Positions 21,360 to 29,454 of a stretch of DNA of 64,000 nucleotides are shown here, in pieces. The stretch's first letter is position 1; every line of letters begins with the position of its first letter. Source of the DNA: Chloroflexi bacterium UBA6622 (lineage in GTDB: Bacteria > Chloroflexota > UBA11872); assembly GCA_002433065.1 (NCBI GenBank), contig DJHK01000041.1, positions 109,922-173,921 of the forward strand, in the 5' to 3' direction. The notes under the pieces are model-generated. The model was given only the letters and a program-made list of their open reading frames with translations, had not been told where the DNA came from and searched no databases. The position numbers were made by a program, and so were the translations under genes.

Positions 21360-22592
21360 ATGGATGTCGTGTTCCTGGCACCTTTCGGGTTTTCCTCGAA
21401 GAATACGACGGGTCGAAGGCTATTGCCTATGGCGCGAGCCTTTGTTGCTAAGGGGCACCGGGCACGGGTCATCGTTCCGCCCTATGACCAGCCTTCACTG
21501 TATGGGGAATCGTGGGTGGACTGTGGGGTAGAGGTGTGGTGTTTGAAGCGGCCAAAGTTTGTGGGGCATTCTCTTCCTGCCCAAATGTGGACGCATTACC
21601 GGCTCGCTCAGGCAAGCGTCAAGCTTGTAGAGGAATGGGCTCCTGATTTGGTCCATATTTTCAAGCCTAAAGCTGTTTCAGGACTGGCGCAGCTGTTTAT
21701 CTCTCTAAGGTCAAAACGTCCGGGCATTGTCCTTGATCTTGACGATTGGGAAGGTCGCGGAGGTTGGAGTGTCAATGAAGATTATTCTCGAATCTTGGTT
21801 GAAATCTTTGATGTTCAAGAACGAGCAGGAATGCGTAGGTGCGATGCCTTTACGGCAGCTAGTCGAAAGCTTGAGCGTCGGGCAATTAGTGTGGCTAAAG
21901 GTCGTGACGTCATGCATGTCCCGAATGGATTTGATCAATCGGCATATGCAGGATGGGATCTTGAAAAGGCTTCCGCTGAACGTGATGTTGTTAGGGGGTC
22001 GTTGGGCCTAGACCCGGCAGATCAATTAGTTTTGATTTACACACGGTTTTTTGATTATGACGTTGCGAGATGGGTGGAGCTTATTTGCTCAATTGCAGCT
22101 CGTTCTGAAACTGCAAAATTTCTTATTCTCGGGGCTGGCAAGTTTGGACAGGAGACATCCCTTAGTGATGCTGTTAAGGATCGTGGCTTGTCGCGTCGCA
22201 TCATGTTTATGGGGTGGACGCAGTTTGAGTCGCTCCCATCTTTCCTTGCGGCTTCAGATGTCGCCTTGATGCCAATGGCCAATAACCTCGCAAATCAGGC
22301 GAAATGCTCGCCTCGCTTCGTGGATCTAATGTACGCGGGGGTGCCGGTCGTCACCACCCCGGTAGGGGAAGCTACAACATTCATCACGGATGGATTAACT
22401 GGCTATGTTGCAGAAACTGATCAGCCGAATTCGGTCTCGGTGGCTGTGTTGAGAGCGTTGGCGGATTGTGACGGGGATACTATTCGGGAGCAGGCGAATT
22501 TACGTGTTTGCAAAGAGCTGTCCTGGTCATCTTTGACCGTGGGGCTGCTAGATCTTTACGCGAGAGCGATTGAGCGTGCTGGTACGGGCTAG
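21360..22592 (+). CDS. glycosyltransferase family 4 (GT-B, GT1/GT4 type)
   Basis: 410 aa. Starts 3 nt after the YfhO-like gene. Typical GT-B C-terminal half (LILGAGKFGQE..., ASDVALMPM, GVPVVTTPVGE). Confidence 0.8.
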   Translation: MDVVFLAPFGFSSKNTTGRRLLPMARAFVAKGHRARVIVPPYDQPSLYGESWVDCGVEVWCLKRPKFVGHSLPAQMWTHYRLAQASVKLVEEWAPDLVHIFKPKAVSGLAQLFISLRSKRPGIVLDLDDWEGRGGWSVNEDYSRILVEIFDVQERAGMRRCDAFTAASRKLERRAISVAKGRDVMHVPNGFDQSAYAGWDLEKASAERDVVRGSLGLDPADQLVLIYTRFFDYDVARWVELICSIAARSETAKFLILGAGKFGQETSLSDAVKDRGLSRRIMFMGWTQFESLPSFLAASDVALMPMANNLANQAKCSPRFVDLMYAGVPVVTTPVGEATTFITDGLTGYVAETDQPNSVSVAVLRALADCDGDTIREQANLRVCKELSWSSLTVGLLDLYARAIERAGTG

Positions 22593-23956
22593 CCAGCGGC
22601 GCTGGTTTTGACGGGTGTTGGACTCGGTTTAGGTGGTTCTTGGGCGGGTGCTACTGCACCGCCTGGACCAACTAGGGGTGTGATTCTCGGGGCAGGATTG
22701 AGTGGGGCTCCAGATTCGATGTTGACGGTAACGCTCAAAGGTTCTACCCGAGCTACTTCTATACCAAGGGGTACAGTGATTACAGGGCGAACTTTGTGTT
22801 TGCCTGGACCCAAATTGCTTGCATCAACTTCAGCGACAATGTCTCCAACTCTTATTAAACGAAGAACTTCAGCGGCACCCCCAACCACTACTTGTACTGA
22901 TGGCTCAGCGACCCTAGCGACTTGCGTGGAAGGAAGGTTTTCAATGACGACCGCAGCCTGAATAGTAGCGGTGTCATTGAGTGGCTGAACAACTACGACG
23001 ACTCGTGCTGTCGGACGCTCACTTAAAACCGTAATGTCTGATGGCTCACTGAAAGTAACTTCCGCTTCAATATCAGCACGTGCTCCAGATACGGCCAGGT
23101 CCGATGTCGAAACAGAGTTGACCCGTTCCAGTGCTTCTGGTTGGCCTTCAATTTCGACGGTTGTGGGGGTGATACTAATCTGACTAATGAAAAATCCTGC
23201 GGCGACGTTGCCGTCGATTTCTGGAACCACGGGGACTCGTTTTCGGCTTGTTATACGTGTTACAGGAACACTGACCTGTGCAGTTTGTGGGTCAATAATG
23301 ACGTTAGTGATCTCGTCGCCCTGCCGATTGACCGGAACCAAAAGTGTTTGTGTGGAGACCTCGCGTGTGGCACCGTCAAGACTCACGTTTGCGATGACCT
23401 CAGCGACCTCGGCGATGTCGGAAGCCCCGCCGCTGACTTGGACGATCGCTGGGTTAGCGGCCACTTCGTTTAATTCGGCCCGGAACCCAATGACAGGTGC
23501 GCTTTCGAGTCGTGCAGTTACTTCAATTGCACGAACTTCAAAAGGATCGATCGTTACTGACACTGTTGCCGGGGTTATACGCACTATTTCTACTGCAGGG
23601 TCCGAAACCTCAACGATCACCGGAACCTGCTGGTTGCCTGAACCAATACTGGTTAGATCGACTCGAGCCACGAAGTCTCGCATTGTAAGCCGGGCAATAT
23701 TTACTTTGGGGCCTTGGATGCTAACTCGGACCGGTTCGATCTGACTTGCTAGTACAAGGTTAGGTCCTAGATTTACGACATTAACTGAGATGTCATCGTT
23801 GAAGAGCTCTTGGGCATTCGGGTTTCGATCTAGAGTTAATCCTGCCCAAACCAAGGCGGATAGAGCCAACGCTACAAGAAAACGTATGCCGAGGCTGCGC
23901 GTGAGAAGTCGGCGTGAGATCACAAGCCAACGAATATGTTGGCTTCGAGCTTTCAC
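22589..23956 (-). CDS. cdaR: YbbR-domain protein (CdaA regulator CdaR)
   Basis: 455 aa. GTGA overlap with the cdaA stop. N-terminal TM followed by four repeated YbbR-like beta modules. Position immediately downstream of cdaA. Confidence 0.8.
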   Translation of the reverse strand: MKARSQHIRWLVISRRLLTRSLGIRFLVALALSALVWAGLTLDRNPNAQELFNDDISVNVVNLGPNLVLASQIEPVRVSIQGPKVNIARLTMRDFVARVDLTSIGSGNQQVPVIVEVSDPAVEIVRITPATVSVTIDPFEVRAIEVTARLESAPVIGFRAELNEVAANPAIVQVSGGASDIAEVAEVIANVSLDGATREVSTQTLLVPVNRQGDEITNVIIDPQTAQVSVPVTRITSRKRVPVVPEIDGNVAAGFFISQISITPTTVEIEGQPEALERVNSVSTSDLAVSGARADIEAEVTFSEPSDITVLSERPTARVVVVVQPLNDTATIQAAVVIENLPSTQVARVAEPSVQVVVGGAAEVLRLIRVGDIVAEVDASNLGPGKHKVRPVITVPLGIEVARVEPLSVTVNIESGAPLNPAPRITPLVGPGGAVAPAQEPPKPSPTPVKTSAAG

Positions 23957-24786
23957 CGCCCTCTGGATATCCAGGCAGGAAGGCCCTGAAGTCCAGCGCC
24001 TCGTGTCTGCACGCGGAAGGCGGTTTCTAGACGGCGTCGAAGCTGATCTGTTGTGAGGTGCCGTTCTATTCGGCCGTCTACCGCTATCGATATTCCCCCT
24101 GTTTCTTCAGAAATCATTACAGCAACAGCGTCTGTGGTTTCTGTGATACCAAGCCCTGCCCTATGTCTCGTTCCAACATGATCCTGTGGTCCCAGCTCAT
24201 CGCTTAGCGGCAACATGACGTGGGCTGCAACTACCTGAGTCGCGGTTACCAGAACTGCTCCATCATGAAGCTCTGATCCGGGATGGAAAACCGTCATCAT
24301 GAGGTTTCGAGAGAGAGCAGCGTCTAGCCTGGTTCCAGTGCTAGCAAATTCATCGAGCCCACCCTCACGCCTCAGGACAATTAGGGCACCCCATAAGCGT
24401 GCGGATAGTGCCTCAGCCGAGGAGACCACCTCCCCAATCATTCGCTGGGTTTGCTCAGGTGTCATGATGCCAAAGGGGTGAGCCACCAGGGATCCGGTGC
24501 GTCCTACGCGCTCGAGCAGGCGTCTCAGTTCCGGCTGGAATATAACGATCAGCGCAAACATGGCTACGAGTAGCCCGTTGTCAAGAATCCAGTTGACAAG
24601 TTCGAGTTGGAGCACGCGTCCTATTACAAGCATTGCTACGACTAGTAATAAGACGCCCCGGAGGAGTTGGTCTGCTTGAGTTCCGCGAATCAGTGTGAGC
24701 ACAGTATTGAAGAGCAGCGCTACAAGTAGAATTTGAATAGCAGCGCCGAAGCTGAACTCACCTGAAAGGTACTCTAGTTGTTCCAA
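23953..24786 (-). CDS. cdaA: diadenylate cyclase (membrane-anchored, DisA_N/DAC domain)
   Basis: 277 aa, TTG start. Three N-terminal TM helices. DAC motifs: GALIVLRREGGL, HDGAVLV, GTRHRAGLGITE and VMISEETGGISIA. Confidence 0.9.
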   Translation of the reverse strand: MEQLEYLSGEFSFGAAIQILLVALLFNTVLTLIRGTQADQLLRGVLLLVVAMLVIGRVLQLELVNWILDNGLLVAMFALIVIFQPELRRLLERVGRTGSLVAHPFGIMTPEQTQRMIGEVVSSAEALSARLWGALIVLRREGGLDEFASTGTRLDAALSRNLMMTVFHPGSELHDGAVLVTATQVVAAHVMLPLSDELGPQDHVGTRHRAGLGITETTDAVAVMISEETGGISIAVDGRIERHLTTDQLRRRLETAFRVQTRGAGLQGLPAWISRGR

Positions 24787-24816
24787 CTTTTTGTGCCTAA
24801 ATACCTTTGCATTAGT

Positions 24817-25770
24817 TTACGTCGGGATTTCGCAAAAGGCGGAGTCTCCTCGTAAAAGCATTACTAATAAAGCCTTTTGGGTATGAAGTCGATTCTCGGC
24901 TTGATCGAAAATAACAGACTGGTTTCCATCGATTACTTCAGCGCTCACCTCGTCCCCTCGATGGGCAGGGAGGCAATGCATGAATATTGCTTCTGGTTTC
25001 GCGTGGGCCATTAGCTTGGTATCGACCCGATACCCTTCAAAAACTTCTCGTCGGTTCTTTGCTTCGTTCTCAAGCCCCATGCTTATCCAAGCATCGGTGT
25101 AAACCACGTCCGCGTTTTTCGTTGCTGCAACGGGGTCAAAACCTAACTCTAAAGTTCCACCATTGTTTTTTGCCAATCTTCGAGCCGAGTCCACGACGTC
25201 CATGTTTGGCTCGTAACCGGCGGGGGTTGCGACATTTATGTGCATGCCGGTCAATGCGCTTCCAAGCAACAGGGAGTTGCAGACATTGAAACCGTCACCT
25301 ATATAGGCGAGATGACAGCCTTCCAATTCCCCGCGTTTTTCACGAATGGTAAGGAGGTCTGCAAGGGTCTGGCAGGGGTGCTCGAGCTCACTAAGGCCAT
25401 TTATGATCGGGATCGAGGTCGAGTCTGCAAGTTCGTTTAAAACCGTGTGTCGGAAGACTCGTGCCATGAGGCCATCGACCCAACGTTCAAGGTTTCGCGC
25501 AATGTCTGGGATTGGTTCCCTGACACCTATTTGTGTGTGTTCGCTCATCAAATCGATCGCCGTACCCCCGAGTTGTGTCATGCCCAATACAAAAGTAGTT
25601 CTGGTTCTGAGCGAGGCCTTTTCAAACAGCATTGCCAGACTTTGACCTTTCAATAGACGGTGTTGAGTGCCTTGAGCTTGGGCGGCCTTTAGCTGGGCTG
25701 CTCGATCCAGGAGCAGTTGAAGCTCGCTAGGGCTCACATCTCTTAGTGTTAGAAAGTCTCGTCCGTGCAT
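24817..25770 (-). CDS. argF: ornithine carbamoyltransferase
   Basis: ATG 25770 (MHGRDFLTLRD...) avoids overlap with the upstream gene; the track start is 25815. Motifs: FEKASLRTR, HPCQTLADLLT and FMHCLPAHRGDEV. Confidence 0.9.
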   Translation of the reverse strand: MHGRDFLTLRDVSPSELQLLLDRAAQLKAAQAQGTQHRLLKGQSLAMLFEKASLRTRTTFVLGMTQLGGTAIDLMSEHTQIGVREPIPDIARNLERWVDGLMARVFRHTVLNELADSTSIPIINGLSELEHPCQTLADLLTIREKRGELEGCHLAYIGDGFNVCNSLLLGSALTGMHINVATPAGYEPNMDVVDSARRLAKNNGGTLELGFDPVAATKNADVVYTDAWISMGLENEAKNRREVFEGYRVDTKLMAHAKPEAIFMHCLPAHRGDEVSAEVIDGNQSVIFDQAENRLHTQKALLVMLLRGDSAFCEIPT

Positions 25771-25792
25771 GGTGTAGACCTCAGGTTTCTGG

Positions 25793-27622
25793 TCAGTAGA
25801 CGTGATTGAAGTCAATGTCGGTGTAATAGCTGGTAAGGATTTCTTCTGCTATGGCCCCATCTGCTGCCATAGCGTTGGCGCTCCGCAGGGGTAACCCAAT
25901 GCCATGGCCTAATAGGCGGTGTCCGACACTGTAAGGGTCTGGCACCCCCATTGCCCAGGGCTTAGGGCGGCCGCCCCAGACGTCATGCCAGTTTCTTGTT
26001 CGTCCGTCAGCTCGGGAGAAATACACCGCGTGGATTGTCTTGTTCTTGTAGGTCATTACACTCCCTCGAGTATCCCGTATCGCGTCACGAAGGCGCGTAC
26101 CTGACAATTCGCGAGCTACACCGTGGTAAACCTGATCACGTGTAAAAAGCGTAGGTGTGTGGTAGGTCGAGGCAGCTACGTCAAACAGATTGCCTCGGGC
26201 CCGGCGTTCGTTCCGGACCGTATATCCATATGTGCGGAATGCGATCGCAGACGCACGAAGCGCCTCCCACGGGATGGTGTCTCGTTGTTCGACAATTCCT
26301 GAAAGGTAGTCATCCATCGGCAGTATGTTCACTACCCAGGCTGACAAATACTTGGGAAGCCAGGCAAACTCCATCGTGCCTCGGTATGTTCTTTGGGGTG
26401 CAGTTTCTTCTAGTCGAAGGAGAGATTCCTCCATTGGTGAAACGAGTACTTTTCCTGCTGTATCTATCTTGCTTCCGTCCGGAAGTTCAATGCGATGCTT
26501 TTCATTGGGAATGTCTCGGCGAATAACTACACGTTGAGTTGGTCCTAGTTCTGCAAGGTGCATCCCACCCTCGTCGTGGATTCGGAGACCTCCTGTTGAG
26601 AAGATCGTTGCTTGCGTGACACCCGGGTTGTCATCGCTAATGTCTAGGAGGCCGACCCGAACATCCGGCATTTCTAGGCGGGCAGGGGTGGCGATGATTG
26701 GCGCAGAAATAGCCTTTGAGCTAAACCAGTCGTTAGCAGTCTTTAGATCCGGTTGGAGCCGATAGGGGCCGGGTTTACGAGGGATTTCAATGTCCAATTT
26801 GACGGTGGCTGAACCTTTGGGCGGCACATCATGGGGTAACGGGACCGATGAAAGTGCTTCCCGAGTTTTTGGGGACAGGGAGTCGGCCCAGCGGGCTCCT
26901 AGCCAAACAGCTTGTTCCCCTGAAGATTGCCATACAGTTTCTCCGGTGTTGACAAGTTCGATATGTATCTGGGCTGCCTCACCAGGGCGCGTCGGTGAAA
27001 TGGGTGATATTTGGTACGAGGCATTTGTCGTGTTGGCCAGCGCCGCAAGATACGTATGTCCTATAGGACTGATTTGTACAGGCTTTCGTCGATTGGGAGA
27101 GTAGGTCAACTTTCCGTGCTCGAAGTATTGGGCGGTTATACCGCCAGCCTCTGGAACTTCCTCGGAAATTGGATTTCCGAGGAGGGCTCCTTTGCCTAGC
27201 TGTTCCCAGGTGCGAAGGAATCCAAAGCGCAAGGAGTGCTTGGTCTTCCAGATGTACTTCACTTGCGCAGAGCTCCGAAAGGGCCTCGTTTTCTGGAAAT
27301 ACCGGCTTCCTGAAACTAGTCGTCCGAGGGCAGCCGGTCTGATAAGGCAAGGAGCAGATTGATTGTGTTCATGGCATTCGAGGAGGAAATTCTCAAACAA
27401 TTGAGCCGTACGTCCATCGTGTTTGAACGTTTTGGTAAGTGGCTGTCCGATCACAGCGGTTCCACCGGCGTTTTGAACGAAGGCCACGAACTTTGGATTG
27501 ATCACGAGTTCTGGGGCTGTCGCTAACCCATTTAGTCTCAGATTCGCCGGCCCCAAGGCGGCGCTTACAGAGGCAAGGGTTGCGGTGCGTCCAAAAACAC
27601 GGCGTGAGAAGCGTGGTTGCAT
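25793..27622 (-). CDS. SpoIID/LytB-domain protein with N-terminal LGFP-like repeats and Ig-like module
   Basis: 609 aa. Tat-like N-terminus (SRRVFGRTATLASVSAA). LGFP-type repeats (IGQPLTKTF...AQLFENF; LGNPISEEV...AQYFEHGKLTY). SpoIID core (ALRASAIAFRTYGY, AVYFSRADGRTRN). Confidence 0.75.
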   Translation of the reverse strand: MQPRFSRRVFGRTATLASVSAALGPANLRLNGLATAPELVINPKFVAFVQNAGGTAVIGQPLTKTFKHDGRTAQLFENFLLECHEHNQSAPCLIRPAALGRLVSGSRYFQKTRPFRSSAQVKYIWKTKHSLRFGFLRTWEQLGKGALLGNPISEEVPEAGGITAQYFEHGKLTYSPNRRKPVQISPIGHTYLAALANTTNASYQISPISPTRPGEAAQIHIELVNTGETVWQSSGEQAVWLGARWADSLSPKTREALSSVPLPHDVPPKGSATVKLDIEIPRKPGPYRLQPDLKTANDWFSSKAISAPIIATPARLEMPDVRVGLLDISDDNPGVTQATIFSTGGLRIHDEGGMHLAELGPTQRVVIRRDIPNEKHRIELPDGSKIDTAGKVLVSPMEESLLRLEETAPQRTYRGTMEFAWLPKYLSAWVVNILPMDDYLSGIVEQRDTIPWEALRASAIAFRTYGYTVRNERRARGNLFDVAASTYHTPTLFTRDQVYHGVARELSGTRLRDAIRDTRGSVMTYKNKTIHAVYFSRADGRTRNWHDVWGGRPKPWAMGVPDPYSVGHRLLGHGIGLPLRSANAMAADGAIAEEILTSYYTDIDFNHVY

Positions 27623-27736
27623 GGGTACAGGGTATCGAGCAAATTGGCGGTGGACGCAATATTGAGCGTAATCATCACAGGTTTTGTTGAACGGTTATGC
27701 GTGACTCGCATCTCGGCACGGCATACTTTCTAAGTC

Positions 27737-28915
27737 ATGAGCGATGTCAACAAACGAGTTTATTTGGATTATGCCGCCACCACGCCACTAGACCCGGCGG
27801 TTTTCGAGGCGATGCTTCCGTATTTGTGGAGAGAATCGGGTAACCCGTCGAGCGTGCATGCGTCGGGTCGAGAGGCTCGTTCAGCGCTAGACCACGGCCG
27901 CCAGCAAGTTTCCGAAGCTATTGGAGCTCAACCCCACGAGATCGTTTTTACGTCAGGTGGCACGGAATCAAACAATCTCGGTGTGATGGGCAGCGCGAAA
28001 GCTGCTTCCTATCGTGGCCGACACATTGTGACTACATCGATTGAACATCACGCTGTGCTACATGCGGTTCGTGCTCTAACCAATGAGGGATTTGAGGTGA
28101 CGGAGCTTCCTGTTGATTCCTGTGGTCGTGTTCGACCATCTGATCTTGAGAAGGCGATCCGTCCGGATACTGTGCTGGTCAGTATTGGTCTTGCTAACAA
28201 CGAGATTGGGACGCTGCAAGAACTGGAGACGCTCACACGCATCGCCCATTCTGCTGGAGCTGTCGTGCACACTGACGCAGTTCAAGCTGTTGGACAGGTA
28301 GACATAAATGTAGACAGGCTCGGGGTGGATCTTCTGAGCATGACGGCCCACAAAATATATGGTCCAAAATCAGTTGGAGGTCTGTACGTTCGCGATGGGG
28401 TTGACGTGTGGCCCCAGGTGTTTGGGGGAGCACAGGAGCGCAATCTTCGTGCAGGGACTCCGGATGTACCAGGCATTGTTGGGTTTGGAGTTGCCATTAC
28501 GCGGGCAAAACAATCGCGATCTGCTCGAGTGAGTCATTACAGAGAGCTCGTGACCGTGTTGGTTCGTGAGGTCGTTGAAGGCTGTCCAACAGTAAGGCTC
28601 ACAGGTGACCCTTGTAATCGTCTGGCCTCGTTTGCTTCTTTCGCATTTCGAGGGATTGACGCGGAGTCTTTACTCCAACGTTTAGACCTTGATGGGATTG
28701 AGGTGTCTACTGGTTCGGCTTGTGCCTCGGGCTCGTTGGAGGTTTCTCATGTTATGCAGGCCTTACAGTTGCCTGCTTCATATAGGCGTGGAGCATTGAG
28801 GTGTACGGTTGGCATGCCAACCAATCGGCGGGACGTGGAAATGGCAGCGGCCAGCATTGTTAGACAGGTGCGTGTTCTTGAGAAGGTCGCGGATAAATCT
28901 GTAGGGGGCATGTAA
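27737..28915 (+). CDS. cysteine desulfurase (NifS/IscS class V aminotransferase)
   Basis: 392 aa. Motifs: YLDYAATTP, SGGTESNN, PLP-lysine context TAHKIYGPKSVGGLY, and active-site Cys loop STGSACASG. Confidence 0.9.
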   Translation: MSDVNKRVYLDYAATTPLDPAVFEAMLPYLWRESGNPSSVHASGREARSALDHGRQQVSEAIGAQPHEIVFTSGGTESNNLGVMGSAKAASYRGRHIVTTSIEHHAVLHAVRALTNEGFEVTELPVDSCGRVRPSDLEKAIRPDTVLVSIGLANNEIGTLQELETLTRIAHSAGAVVHTDAVQAVGQVDINVDRLGVDLLSMTAHKIYGPKSVGGLYVRDGVDVWPQVFGGAQERNLRAGTPDVPGIVGFGVAITRAKQSRSARVSHYRELVTVLVREVVEGCPTVRLTGDPCNRLASFASFAFRGIDAESLLQRLDLDGIEVSTGSACASGSLEVSHVMQALQLPASYRRGALRCTVGMPTNRRDVEMAAASIVRQVRVLEKVADKSVGGM

Positions 28916-28916
28916 G

Positions 28917-29183
28917 GTGGATGCCTTGTTATTGATTCCTCCGCCGGTCTTTCTTGGCTTCGTCCTTGCAACGTTCACAACGTTTATATTCCATGCGCTT
29001 TTTGGACGACGAGATCGGTCGGGGCTGTTTTACTGGCCATTTGGAGTCGGGGGATTTGCGGCAGGAGCGGTTGTGGCTACACCGCTTGGGGCGACTTATT
29101 TACTTGTGGGTGGTCTTCCGCTTCTGGGAGGGATTGCCGGTTGCATCGTTGCTCTAATGCTTGCGCACTTGATCCTGGCTTAG
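28917..29183 (+). CDS. small hydrophobic membrane protein, unknown function
   Basis: 88 aa. GTG start 1 nt after the nifS-like stop. Three predicted TM helices rich in G/A/L. Confidence 0.5.
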   Translation: MDALLLIPPPVFLGFVLATFTTFIFHALFGRRDRSGLFYWPFGVGGFAAGAVVATPLGATYLLVGGLPLLGGIAGCIVALMLAHLILA

Positions 29184-29454
29184 TTGAAGGAATTGGTCTT
29201 GTTTTTTCTATCCGTAAGAAACCGGATTGCCCCGTTTGAAAACCACATGCTACTTTTCATAATGCTGCATGTTTTGGTGAGCGATCGAGTCACCGTGCGG
29301 TTGTATAAAGGCCTTTGAATAAAGTTGTTGAGAAGAGAGGAATATTTATAGGACAGGCTTAACTTGTGACTCGTTTGAAGAATGAGGCTGATCGGGAGGT
29401 TGCTTCCGGCGGCCTTTTGTCTTTTTCAGAGTCGTTGGGAAGCCATGCATTGTT

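Noticed and set aside
29184-29454. T-box leader upstream of alaS
   Set aside because: There is no match to the conserved T-box sequence (…GGGTGGTACCGCG…). There is no clear specifier loop with GCU, and no terminator/antiterminator pair.
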